Assembly: GCF_006345805.1 (NCBI RefSeq)
Contig: NC_043006.1
Span: 91,574,001 to 91,638,000 of the forward strand
DNA length: 64,000 nt
Source: Octopus sinensis
Taxonomy: Eukaryota
Direction: 5' to 3'
Positions 10,320 through 24,240 of the stretch are shown piece after piece. The position numbers and the translations under genes are program-made. The number at the start of each line of letters is the position of its first letter. Within the stretch, counting starts at the first letter, position 1. The notes under the pieces are model-generated. The model searched no databases and had not been told where the DNA came from. It saw nothing but the letters and a program-made list of their open reading frames with translations.

Positions 10320-13300
10320 TCTATATATATATGTGTATATATATATATATTATATGCGTTATGTACATAAATCTATGGATTCTCACTATTGGAAAAGATT
10401 CCAACTATACATAATGCTACTCTTCTCATGTTGTCTCTTGTTGACGAAACGAGCTTATGCTGAATACCTGAACAATTTTTTTCTTTCAGCTCTCTATGCT
10501 AATGTAATTTAAACCAAAATATTTACGCATCAGGAAAAGAGAGGCCAATGAAATTTAATAACGTTTCATTTAAAAAGAGCGTAATTGATTTCGAACATCA
10601 TTTCAATTTGACTCTAAATAAGATTTAGTTAATTATTGCTTCTCAATGTTGATTTCTTTCAAAACGCATGCATTTATCTTGTAAGCGTCAATTTTACCGA
10701 ACATATAGAAAAATTGTCGAAGATGATTTTAGATTACAGCCAAGTGCATGGAATAATCGTAGTAGTGTTCTCTTCTTAAAAAAAATATAATCAAATATCA
10801 CTCATTACTCTCCTGATATATCTGTTACTGGAATAAATAATTTCATTGAACGATATTATCAGAATGACATCGTAGTAAGAGAAATAAAATTTTATTTAAA
10901 ATTTACTAAAGAAATGTTTCATGAGAAGAAACGTGAAACTGTTAAGAAGGAATATTTGGTGGTTATAAACTTCTCTAGGTTGGGTGAAATGTCAATGAAA
11001 TAAAACAGAAAAGCGTATTCAAATAATAGTTTTATTTAGAGGAGTATGAAGCTCGCTGGTATAAAGAAGTAAAAAGATCTGCAACGTTTTCGGAGTTTGT
11101 TAGCTACGCATATAATGTCGTGATAAAACAGGTGGGTATAGGATGACCACATGCAATGTGAGACCAGAAGGTAAGTGAAGAATAGAAGGTAAAACTAAAA
11201 TCCCAGGATGAAGGGAAACAACTAGGCATAAGAAAAATAAAATACGAAGACGTCGATGCGAAAGTGCAAAAGAAAAATCATAAACATAGGACAATAATCA
11301 AAGGAATACGAGAGGGCAAAGAAAGATCAACTGGAAAAAGAAGGGCACAAGGCAAAAGAAGGAAGAATACGAGATAAAGCTCGAGTTATAGGCTGAAGAT
11401 AAAACGTCTGGGCAAAGAAAAAATAGAATTCAAATAAAATCTCCAAAATAAAGGAAAGCCACAAGGCAAAGAAGGATGAAAAGGCGAAGGAAGAGGAAAA
11501 GGGGAAAACATAAAAAAAAAAGCACAGATTCAAGAACGACCACAAGACAAAGAAAAACCGCATAAGCCTGGTTGGTGGTTGAGTAACCTCAAACAAAAGA
11601 TGATGATAGAAAACATAAGGCCAGTTGATTATCTGCAAACAGGCACTTGTAGGTTTTATGTCCTTTGTTGTAACTGATTAGATTCAGCAGGGAATTGCTT
11701 TTTAATAGTTGTGTTAAAGCATTGAAGTTTTTATGCAGCAAAAAACTAAAACTAAATAAAAGCATAAAAAGAAAACTACTTAAAAAGAAAATTAACTGAA
11801 AACTGATGAAATGAAAAAAAAAGTTGAACTCCTTCTCTGCTGTCGCTGAATATTTAATTACCAAGTTGTGATTTCAAATAAATATTCCTATATTTATATT
11901 ACGGCCATCGAGAGTTAATTGCTTTCGTGTAAACATATTTCATGAGGTTTCTTGAGATCGTTGTATTCAGTCATTCACAAATTCTGTCTCAATTGCTCTA
12001 CCGACTTTGAACTTCCTTTGATACCCAACTTCTTAATTTAACACCTGATTTTCTATCTCAGGTTTGTAATTTCATGATCGGATTCGGTAGTATTGTTATC
12101 AACATTCTGTTAATACGACCGAACAAGTAGTTCTTGGTACACTGAGCAGCTGGTATTTGTGTGCAGTTTGCACAGTATTATTTACGGGTCAATTACATAT
12201 GAAGTAAATTTTGCGGGTCTGTGGTTTCATCTCATAACTATACTGAAAGTTTAGAATTTTAACTTCTATGGGAAAAAAAGAGAGGTCGAGATATGTATAT
12301 TTTCCTTTTATATTATTTAAGAAGATGAACTGAGCAACATTCAGAGATAAATTGTTCAAACAGAAATAAATTATGTTCAGAGATAAATTGACAACATCGT
12401 GTTTTTTCGGTAAGCTAATGTTCACACTACTAAATTTGTTTGCTTTCAGATTTCGTTTGAAGAACATATAAACAGTGGTGTTTAAGTAGTAGTTGGTGTT
12501 CTATTGAAATATGACGTCGGTTACTTTACATTTCCACTTAGTACCACAGTATAAAAGAGAAAAAAAATATGGCAAGATCGTGGATAGCCCAACTCGATAG
12601 ATTAGTGGACGAGATATTGAACGAGTGCTTTGAATCAAAACATCTGCGTTCTGTTGTATCTGTGAACCAAAACATTGAGCTCTCAAATATCTTTGTTCAG
12701 TTAGTTATAATACAGATTCTGTAAGAATCAATAAGTACTCGCTGCTGTCAGCTGTATTTGCACTGAATATTTGAGGGAGCTATCGAGAGGGTCCTAACGT
12801 ACTCAATTAACCTGCTGGAAAAAGTAGTCCAAATTTCCTCAAATGCTCACGACTACTTTGAATAAGCAAAGGACATATTAGATAATGCAGACATTTGTAC
12901 TTCTTTGAAGATAGGTCGCTACTCGGACTGAGTTGATTAACGGCCGCACCATCAGCATCACCACCACCACCAACAACAACAATGGTAACAACAGCAGCAA
13001 CAACAACAAAAACAGTTGCAGCAGCAGTGACAATAACGGCAGTAATAACATCCCAAGGTGCGTTTTGTTGACGTGCAGTGTTGAGCTCAACTGTGAGAAT
13101 ATCTGAAACGAGGGGGAGTTGTGAATGTTTAGATTACTTGAGACGGACCAAATCTATTTGCAGTCTACAGTGACGCCATATTGTGAGATGTGAGACAAAC
13201 GAAAAGAGATAATCCTTTTTAGGGTTTTCTTATTAAATATCATAAAACTAGATTGTCATTTTCACTCTTGGCCTTCTATCAGAATATAAGAAAAAATCAG

Positions 13301-13336
13301 AAACATCGGATCTTCTTTTTTTTGTTTTATATATAT

Positions 13337-13382
<46 letters not shown>

Positions 13383-13385
13383 CAT

Positions 13386-13718
13386 ATAGATACCGCACGC
13401 TAAGAGGGACCAATGCGGTCAAAACTACTAAAATAAACAAAATTTTCATAGATATGTAAAGATAAACATTCGTACAATGCTACGACGAATTCTACGGTTG
13501 GCTATCGGGTTTGTAACGTTATGTTTTTTCTTATATGTCTTGAGTTTGTTGCACTGATGAACATACAATGCATATTCTGCATTAATTGCGAAATCACAGG
13601 TGATATGTAACTAAATTCTTTTTTTTAAATGACTTGCTTTGAAGTTTTGCATTCGGTAAAATTTTTTTTATTTTAGTAGTTTTGACCGCATTGGTCCCTC
13701 TTCGCGTGCGGTATCTAT
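13386..13718. mobile_element. MITE with ~55-bp terminal inverted repeats, probable TA target (Tc1/mariner-type)
   Basis: atagataccgcacgctaagagggaccaatgcggtcaaaactactaaaata at the left end and its near-perfect reverse complement at about 13665-13718. The interior is non-coding. Confidence 0.8.
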
Positions 13719-14560
13719 GAATAGTAGTACCCTCAATATAATATAAATAAATATTTTCAAAGGGGAAAAATTTACGGATTTTTTCTCTTACGATGTTTTT
13801 CACGCTAACTACTGATAATTTCTTATAAAGATTTTATCCTCAATTTTAAATATATATATATATATCTGTACATATTTATGCATGTGTGTGTATCATAAAT
13901 TGCTAGCTACTTAACACAGTCTATTTTTGCAGCAATTTGTATATTTAATTAATTAAAGAGATTCTTCAAAATGATATCAAATATATTTCAATTCCCAACC
14001 ACCATTAAATCTAAAACTATGAAATATAATTGGTGACAATATTCTGACACCACCATCAAATTACTATTTATCGAATATTGAGTACACACACACACACACA
14101 CACTTTATATATATATATAAATACACACACATGTATGTATGTATCTATCTATCAATCTATGTAACTATCTATCTATCTATCTATGTAACTATCTATCTAT
14201 GTAACTATCTATCTAAACTTTGTATCAATGACTTTGTGAAGAATTGAGCTCGGCTAAATTATTAGCAAAACGAAATATATGAATATATAGATATATAATG
14301 AATAAAAATAAAGTTAAAAATAAGCGAACAAATTGTCATAACATCCCCGTCTAAAATAAAACGCAAACTGAATTCTGGGGAAAAAAAGTTTACATTAAGA
14401 TAATTGAAATATATCTTCCGATTTGTTTCTAATTCCACTGACATCGCGAATAAATCAAATTCGAATCTAAAATATCACTGGAAGCTTTTTTCGCAACTGT
14501 CTCAATCCCTATCAACACAATGATATATAACACACACACACACACATACATACTTACATA

Positions 14561-14604
<44 letters not shown>

Positions 14605-14699
14605 TGTATATATATATGTATATATATATATATACATATGGATATATATACATATATACACACGCTTATACATACATACCTACTTCAGTCTCTTAGCAG

Positions 14700-15200
14700 T
14701 TGCTCAGCTGTTCTATTGATACAATCCTCATAGTGTAACACCACTGAACTGCATTAATTTCCGCTATTAATTTGACATTGTTGAGAGAAGAAGTCCAGAA
14801 GGCTGAGGAACAATGCCTTCCATAGAACCATCCTAGTTTCCTGTTACTCTGTTCTGAAAGTTCACAGATTCCATCCGGCCATTCACCTCCACATTGCCAC
14901 CATCTTGATGATATTCACGTGAAACGAGGCGTTGTTGCTCATATCAATCCGCAAATCGCACACTGCACTTGACTTTGGGATTGCCGCACCTGTTTGTCTA
15001 AAGTATCTTTGTTTTGGCATTTTTAGCACAAGCTGGCTGATAGCGGAAGGCTTGGAATTTTCCTGCATTAAATTGCGTGTTGGTTTCTGCTGTTTATTTA
15101 TGTATGACATCGAAGTATTTCTCTAGATTAGCACAGAAAGGTTCTTTGATTGCTTGAACTAATTTTGTGTCGTCGTCATAGCTAGTAAATGTGGCTGTCT
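14700..15200 (-). mobile_element. CR1/L2-group LINE RT remnant
   Basis: Minus-strand SYDDDTKL..QFNAGKFQ..DLRIDMSNNASFHVNIIKMV, homologous to the element at 63293-64000. Confidence 0.65.
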
Positions 15201-15254
15201 GTGTTTATGTATGAAGCTTTAAGAATATTTTGCACATTGGTCTAAATGCTTACC

Positions 15255-15395
15255 AGCATTACCCTCTGGATTCAATTCCCGTCGAGCTCAAATTTACCTT
15301 TCTTTTTTTAGGCATCGATGATATAAAGTACCAGTTAAGTACTGGAGTCGGTGTTATCGACTTGTCCCCTTCTTTCAAAAATTGCTGTTCTTGAC
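15255..15395 (+). mobile_element. SINE family A, partial
   Basis: ggattcaattcccgtcgag..tttacctt..ataaagtaccagtt..actggagtcg..atcgactt..aaaattgctg. Confidence 0.6.
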
Positions 15396-18300
15396 CCCGC
15401 AACCCTCGGTCACTATACACTATTAAAACAGAGTCACCGGTCTCATTGAATCCTTGGTCTCAAGAAAAGAATACGACACGCACACTTATATTCTACTGTT
15501 TATCTGACAATGGACTTATTCCTCGATGAAATCGAAACGATAAATCTTCGTTAGGATATTTTGACGACAAATATTAGACTAAAGTCAAGTTATAAGCGAA
15601 ATTTTAAACATACATTGGTCAGGGCTAGGATCAAGGTTTATATCTTACATATTGGGTTTTATGTTGACTTCATCATCATAACATCGTCTTTCTAGTATTA
15701 GTTGAAGCAGTGAAAAAGATGTAAAATAAAGGATTATGCATTTATTAGTATGGACATGCATTCAAAGTCCTAGTGGAAAAGAATACGTAAAATACTGTTT
15801 GCATATTTGATGCACGAAAAGATCAGAATAATAGAGAAACAGTTTCGGAGTTACGTCTCATATTTTTCGGAAAAAATGAACATTAGTTATAGGCTAATAT
15901 GTTGGTTCCTCACTGCAAATATAGTTGTAGCTATATTTTAAAGCTCCTTGCATAAAATACTCTAAATATTGTTCCAGGTGTGGTTGGTATCGGCATATAT
16001 AATCAGGCGAGTCTGATACTTATCTTCTACAGAAAAGCAGCCTGAAACAAATAAGCGATTAATCAACGTAGTTTTAGGATCACGCTTCAATGACCCGTAA
16101 ATCACGTAGTTTATCCACTCTCCCATTCGGCCGGCGTTGTGACGTTAGATTATCTTTCTGAATAATAACTCCTCTCTTCGATAATCCATGCTGACTTTGG
16201 AATGTTTGGTCCCCTGACCAGTTATTAGTTTACTAAAATATTCTCTCAATTTAAAATAGTCTTTAGAAAATAACTTTACAAAGGTTAAATGAAAATATAT
16301 GTCAAGCTATTACTCGACAACTTCTCTTAATAATTTGTTATTTCGTTCAGCATTTGGTCTGCGAATTAGAACTCAATGAAATTAAATATGTAGAATCCTT
16401 GGAAATATGGCTTCATTAAAGAAATAACAGATGTTGCATCGACGTTTATTTTATGTTTAGAGAAAACTGAAACTATTATATGGATGCAGAAAACTTATAA
16501 AAAAGCAATAATTGTCTGTAGTGTAATTCAAAGATGTTTAAGAAATAATGAAAACTGGATCGAAAATTAGGTTCCTCGGAAATTATCTGCAACATCAGGA
16601 CACAATTAATGAATACAAATTAACATTTAAGAGGCTCAATTTAATTTTATGAAAACTGGAATTCCAGAAAGCTAGTTCTTTGCCTCGGAAAATTATTTTG
16701 CTTGGACTGCATTTAACGTTTTGTAGAACAGAACACTTCGGAAATGTTTTCTAGATCTGTAGCAATGTTTCAAGAAGTGGTTGATGTAAATTAGTCGATA
16801 CAAGCATCATGTTTTGGTATTTAGTTAATAAACATAGATGAATTAATATCAAAATCTTTGAATGTTTAATGACCAAAAGCTCCCTCTTAACTCTAACATA
16901 TCATACAGAGACACAGTTATAACACATAATACTGAGTGACAAATGTAGAAACGACTTGCTACTAAGCGCATTACATGTTTAAAGGGACAAATTTCGATGA
17001 CGACTGACTTATTGTAAAACTTGACGTCTTGAGATTAAATCTTCAACATATTCATATGAAATCGACTGGTATCATGATATTATCGAAAAAAAACTATAAG
17101 TTTTGATGAAATAGAATCGAAGTTTTGAGCTGAAGTTCTTTGTCGAAAACATTATATTTCTGACATATATTTAACTATTCTGTAGCTGATAGTTTTTAGT
17201 TATGGCTGCTAGAAATCTCGACTACATTAAATATCGTTCGGATTTAAGCTAAAAAGAACAAAAAAAAAAATAATAAAGTGAACAATGATCGATATCAAAG
17301 AAATATTAGAATCGAAAATTAACATGGCGCCATCGATAGAATAATTGTTATAGAGTTGGCAATTTTATTTATTTATCTTTTTCTCTTAGATTTGTGTAGA
17401 AATTTTCAATCGATTATTTGGTTTTGCTTAAATCGTTCACCCAACGCCTGGGTTAGCTTTGTGAGAATTCTTCTGCTGTTTTTCTTCAAGAAGGACTTTG
17501 CAGTATGGTGCCGTTCGTATTGTGTTCGGTAAGGCGCCGATCTGTCTTGAATACAATCGTTCTTTGAACACTGTTTACTTTTTCATATGTTTATTCCAAC
17601 TTGTTTGGGGTATGCTGAATAAAAGACTATTATTACCGTTGCAACCAGTAAAAAGAAAGCCAAAACAAAAATACTGATTAGATTTAGAATGAGAAAAAAT
17701 AAAAGAGAAAAAGATTAAAAGTGAAAAATAAATGGTAATAAGAAAGCTAGTGTTGGGATGATTATCATGTCCAGACATGGCAATGACCATTTCTGCATGA
17801 GAAAAGCTATTCATCATGCATGTTTGCGATTCCGATCAAATACTACGTGTTTATGGATAATAAATTTAGGAAAATATTTTATTTTACATTTGTAGATTAC
17901 CTTGAGAACTTCGTCAAGTATTTCCGCGCCGTGTTTTAGGGCTTAACTATTTTTTCTTATGAAGTAAAGGAAACAAGAAAAAAAAATCAAAATAATATTA
18001 ACGGACGAGTTCATTTAAATAAATAAGCAAATAAAATCGTTGATGAAATAGTTCGGCAAAATATCTTATATGTCCTTTAGATTTACGAAGAAAAATATAT
18101 CTCTGAGTATTTCCAGAACTGAGTTAAAATTAAATCAATGTTTGATTTGGAAGAAGGAATAATGACAAAAGGAACGGGATTTCAATTTCTCTAAAGGCGT
18201 TTAGTTGTATTTCTGTCGAGGATATTGTACCTTACGTACTCAAGGGACTTAACTCACATGAATAAGAAATTAGGCAAGTTACTTGCCGGAGTGTGGTGGT

Positions 18301-19343
18301 CTTTTCCTGATATTCATAGGATTAACACAACAGAAACTGGATTTTGTCACCAGAGTTGCAGATATCTGGATTTTGTTAAATTTGCTCCAATAGGATATTA
18401 ATCCGATTAGTGGATAGCTATTCGGAATTCTAACAACACGTGCATAACATGTACCAAACAAAACAAACAGCAAAGTAATTCTGATATTTTCTTTTATGTT
18501 AAAGTCAACTTACAAGTCTTCGTTTGAAGGTAACATTCATATGTGATTCATGTATGTTGTTTCTGGCAATGTTAATTTGTTAAATTGTGGTGCTATTTAT
18601 TTTCAAGGTTGCAATTTGGTAGCTTCGTTAGAATATCAGGTAAATAAGTGACTTACAATATCTGTTCTGAGTGTTTAAAATTGTGAGCTGAATGCACTTT
18701 CGCCTTTCATTCTTTCGGTTCCATATACCAATCAAATATTGTGTTGTGCTAATTGACTAACCCTTTCTTACGAAATTGCTGGTCCGGTGCCTTTCTTTTA
18801 CTAAAACGAAGTGCTGTGCATAGGCAAAAGTTTGCCTCGGTTACGACCATAGAAGCATATGTTCCATGTAGAACTGAAAAGCGATGTTTATAGAACATAT
18901 GCATGTACCAATCCATTAACCACTGATCAAGGTCCCGACGCTGCATCACTTCTTATCAATGCTCTGAAATATTTCTCTCTTAACTCTCACAATTCTAGTA
19001 AAGAGTATTTAGGAGAAACCAATTCAGAAAGAGTATATTCCGGTCAGTAGATTCTATTCACATGTTTTAAGCCTTTTATTGCAATATCAGAACCGGTTGC
19101 TTCCAGGAGAATCTCTTTTTTCTATGAAGCAAATCGCTTTCATTACATTTAAAAAAGATGCTTTGTCTAGTTTTCCTTTCGAGGTTTTTCTTTTTGCCAT
19201 TGTCAAAATCCGTGAACTCCCTGCACAATTGGACTCTGATCACAATACATTACACAAGTTGAAAGACTTGAATCGGAAAGTGTGTCAAAATTAAGCGCCT
19301 TGGAAGTTGATACTGATCCGGAAGAAGAGAAGAGTGGAAGTTA

Positions 19344-19376
<33 letters not shown>

Positions 19377-19394
19377 CGTGCATGTGTGTATGTG

Positions 19395-19570
19395 AGTGTG
19401 CTGGTGTGCCTTCGTGTCTGTGTTTGCTCCCGTTTGTGTTTACGTCACTGTAACTGATCGCTTCGGCAAAAGAATCGATAGAATAAGTACTTAAGGCTTA
19501 TAAAGATTTACTGGGATAAAAAAATTCTTCAGGGCAGTGCCCCAGAATGGCCGCGGTCTAATGGCTGAAA
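19395..19570 (+). mobile_element. SINE family B, 3' half with LINE-like tail
   Basis: tgtttacgtc..ttcggcaaaaga..gatagaataagtac..gggcagtgccccagaatggccgcggtctaatggctgaaa. Confidence 0.7.
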
Positions 19571-21082
19571 TATATTTTTTTTCCTGAGTAGAATGGAAGG
19601 TTATGTTTCTTTTCAAGTCCTCCCAGACTGGTGAGTTTCATTAATTTAATGTTTGGTTTAAAAATCTTAAAACAAATTCTTTGTAATTCTGATAAAGGGA
19701 GCTGGACAAGTATCTCACGTATCTTTTTGAATGGAGCAAGGTGAGGACCGTGAAAGCAAAGAATAATTATTTGTAGCATAGGTAGAAGGCGTAAAACTTG
19801 GTGGGAAGAGTTACAACTAACCATGCCAAATGTCGTAGAACTGTGAATACTTTAGTACAGGCCAAAAACTACTCCATTACATTTGTGCAATCGTATGAAA
19901 CACTGAATATGAAAACGAGGCACTACCCCAGTTAGTAAGGGACAGAAATTTTAGTCGCGGACTTGTAAAATACATCTCAACAGTAGCTACTTGAAGATTT
20001 ATATAGCGGCTTGAAGAATTTCTGATAACAACTCCAAAATAGATGGTAGTTGTTATATTATTTTGTTGTGAGCCAGTAAATTCCATTAAAGTAGAACTCT
20101 TAGTTAAACTTTGTGGAATAGTCAAGAGGATTGCACGAGTTATTTCTATTGAAAGAACCAGCAAATATTTGAAACGGATCCAAGCCTTTGGCAACGTAAA
20201 GAATAATTTTCAAGCATTTACGCTTTCACGTTAAGAGTTTGCACCAAAATATTGATAAAATTCCGTTCCAAACGTAGTGGGGGTGTATCATTTATGATTC
20301 AGAGGTCTAGAAGAATTATCGTTTAGTGATGGCAGTTATTCTCTCCAAACCATCTAGGCATAGTGTGTGTGTGTGTGTGTGGTGGAATAAACTGCTAGAG
20401 AAAACACAAAAGAAATAATATTATAACTTTCACAAACAACCCGTGATCACAATTATTCTGTTAGCTTTCATAAATTGGCAAACATGTTGATTTGGGTGGA
20501 ATCTTCTCTACCGAAACAAATCTGACGCATCCATAAACGAACATGCATGCACAGACGTACATACAGATACACATATACGCTTGCACACGCACTCACACAC
20601 ATATAGCTACACCAGAGCATCAGAATATATATGTTTGCACAAATATATCGATTCACAAACATATAAATTCAAATAAAGATATATTAGAACGGAAATATAT
20701 CTTAAAGAGAGTTCAAGATGTATTCATTTGAAAAATAGTCATACACACAAACACGCACACACAAAGACATACACACACGCGCACACACACACACACATAT
20801 GTATGTATCTCTCTCCCTTTCTTTCTCTCCACATATATACATATATATACATATATACATATATATATGTATATATGTATATCTATATTTATATATACGC
20901 ACATATATATATATGTGTATGTGTGTGCGTATATGTATGTATATGTATTTATATATATTTATGTATATATATATATATATATATACACGTATATATATAT
21001 AAATATATATATTCATACATACATATATGTATATGTATACTTACATATGCATGTATTTATAAATAGATACACACATATACTC

Positions 21083-21131
<49 letters not shown>

Positions 21132-21800
21132 GCATGTATGTCTATGTGTATATATATATATATTTATACAGAGAGAGAGAGGAAGAGTGAGAAAGAGAAA
21201 GAAGAAGAGAGAGAAAGAGAGAGAGGGAGAGAGAAATAAGTGGGGAGGGTATTCATGATGCATACTTATTAACAAACGTATAACTATATTGATCAGTACA
21301 CACACACACACACAAACATGTTTCTAACTCGCGAAACAAGGGAGTCAAGAAACTTGCCAAATGATCCTTCAGGCAAACAGTAAACCACGAACTGTGCTGT
21401 GCGCCTGTCCTCAGATTGATAGATATTGGAAATGTAAATATTGTGCACGAGAGTAGAACAACCCCCACCCATCCTCATATACTCATACACACAGGCACAC
21501 ACAAAGGGGGTGAGAAAGAGAGAGAGAGAGAGAGAGTGAGTGAGAGAGAGTGATAGTGAGAGAGTGTGAGAGAGTGAAACAGAGGAATACTAAAGTAAGT
21601 TGAGTTAAGAAATGAGACGAGAAATAGATAAAAAATATCGAAGTCTATATACATACACATATATATTCATTCATACACTCACATAAATGTGTACACAAAC
21701 CGCTTTATATGTGTGTATATATATATATATATACACATACATATAAAGAGAAATATATATATGTACATATACATACATACATACATACATATATATATAT

Positions 21801-21831
<31 letters not shown>

Positions 21832-23829
21832 ACACATATATATATATATATAAAGTAGATAAGAGTATGAAAAAAGTCATATGAATAAAGGAAAAGTTCT
21901 AAAACTATAGAGCGACACGTAGAGATATATATAGATGAAGGATTTGTCAGTGGCAGATCATGGAATGCAAAGAAGGACAGAAAAGGTAAAAGTCGAAGAA
22001 GAATGTGAATAAGAAATACGCAGAAGAGATGAGAATCTCGATATAATGACCGATGCAGTTTGAAGTAATAACACAAAGAATAAAACAGTAAAAAAAAATC
22101 AAAACAAAACAAAAACAAAAACAAATGGTGATGTGTTTCCTGTAATATTTCTTGGCGAGATTCTGCCGATTCCATTTCAGAACTAATTTCCCTTTCCTTA
22201 TAAATTCAAACTACTGACATCTAAAATTGCGAAATTCCTCAGAAATATGAAATTAGAGATATGACATTTGTTGTATTCTACTTGGATGAACATTGAAACA
22301 GCAGAATAAAAACGTAGAAAAATTAATCTGTCTTCACAATCCGAGCAAATGGACAGTTTTAAATGTTGGTAGCAGTGGACGTCGAACCGTGTGTGCCGAT
22401 CAGGAGAGGCTTATTATCTCCGAAACATCGATTTCTGATCTAACTCACCGAACAACACCTAAGCTAGTAAATTCATTCACGTCCAACGCCTGTCACTTTT
22501 TTTATGCCAACTGAACTTTGACACGACCCTATCTACTTAAATCGAGGCTTGGGAGAGAGAGAGAAAAAAATATCAAAGGATAACTTTCTGGGGAAAGCTG
22601 TGAAACCAATGACGGTGCTTAACTTTGAATCGATATCACAGAGATATTACCGGCTAAATCACTTTCAAAACTTATTAACAGTGACTGCAGTGCTAAAGGT
22701 ATATTGATCTCCAGTTCACACCTATAACATTGGCTTGTTGGTTGATTGTTATGAGGCCAGTTGATGGCTGGTCAATAAGTCATAATTTATGGGACATAAT
22801 ACTTTTTTCGCTTTAAGCACAAACACTTACTTTACACCAGAACGCCAAGAAATGCACGGATAAATACCATGTGCTCGTAACGTGAACACCTATAAGTGAA
22901 GTCAGAATATGTAATAAGGAAAAATGTGTTAGATGACGTATATAAATGTATATGCGTTTCTATCTACGCACACATACGCACACACATGCACACACACCCA
23001 TACACACTCATATGTAGAAATACATATGGTTATAAATGAATACAGGTCTACACACACAGGCTCATATACGTGTGTGTGTGTGTGTGAGTAAGTGTATGTG
23101 TTTGCGTTTGTGTGTACACTGTATATGTGTAAGATTTTTACAGTTATGTGATTGAAGAAGAGTGTGAAAAGGTCACACGGTGACATTCCTTTCAGCTGAT
23201 TAAGATAAATCGAAATTATTCGATATTTTACAAACAACGTGTTGTTGGCGAGATGTCAGAATTATTTTTTTTTAATAAAAATATATCATTTAAAAGAGAA
23301 ACAGTAATAGGTGTGTGATCGTGTGTGTGTGTGTGTGGTGTGTGTGTGTTGTGTGTGTGTGTGTGTTTGTGTGTGTTTATGTTGGACCTGGTGTCGTTAT
23401 ATTTCCTGAGTAAACAATCTATATGTGTTTGCGTTTCTGATTGAATCATGATGGAAAAACCTGTCTAACGTGAAATGACATAACTCCTAGCCTATATAGC
23501 TTGAGATTATGAAGGTATTTCATTTATTACTTTGATAACTTTGATGGGTTTCGGCCAGTATAGGCCCAGGCCATGTCTAACTTAAAAGCACCACCTGGTG
23601 AAGTATTTTAGTCATATGTGGGGTGCCATGGCCTACTCTAGCAAAGAGTTATTGTTGAAGACATATACGGGTGTAGGAGGTTGGTCAGGGAATTTTTGAA
23701 GACATTTGCCCAGTAAACTTTCAAATTTTATGGGATCCGTTTCCGTTTTGACGTATTTTGGTATTAAAGAGAGTTGGTCCGGTTGAGGTTAAATAGTTGT
23801 GACGTAATGTTGTCATATATCCTGTTGTT

Positions 23830-24240
23830 ATGTGTCCTGAGTTTGTAGTTGGCGGATAGCATGGGGGACAAGTCTTGGATGGATTTTAAAATTGATGCCA
23901 ACGTCATTTGTGCAATATTGATGGAATATTTTCCACATCACACAAATGATGTAGCGTTCCCGGCGGCGTTGGAGAGAGTAGAGATTGAGTTTTTTTAGTC
24001 GACTCCAATAATCAATCCCTCGCATGCCGTCTATTTTTCTTGTTATAGACGTCTGGAATGCTTCTACTTTCATAATGAGTTACTTCGTATGGGGAGACCA
24101 CATTGGGCAACAGCACTCAAAGGTGTGGTCGGGCAAAAGTAGAGTAGAAAAGGATGATGGTGTGAACACTTCTAGACCGAAAAGTTCTCAGAATCCAGGA
24201 GCACATCTTGTCGACCAAATCATCGGACATGAGCAATAAG
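23830..24240 (-). mobile_element. CR1/L2-group LINE RT C-terminal remnant
   Basis: LLPDHTFECCCPMWSPH..VEAFQTSITRKIDGMRGIDYWSRLKKLNLYSLQRRRERYII. Confidence 0.85.

Noticed and set aside
11040-11640. Purine-rich K/E-like stretch resembling a coiled-coil or gag region
   Set aside because: Multiple stops in the plus-strand frames and no diagnostic motif.
12878-13090. Minus-strand ORF resembling a signal peptide (poly-Leu/Val)
   Set aside because: The hydrophobicity comes from a (CAN)n trinucleotide tract. There is no recognisable downstream domain or supported splice structure.
17320-17534. Candidate exon 17390-17528 (ttttctcttag / cg|gtaagg, one open frame) with an upstream aacatggcg YY1-like motif
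   Set aside because: The peptide is unrecognisable and no partner exons were found. Such signals arise by chance in 64 kb, so RNA-seq would be needed.
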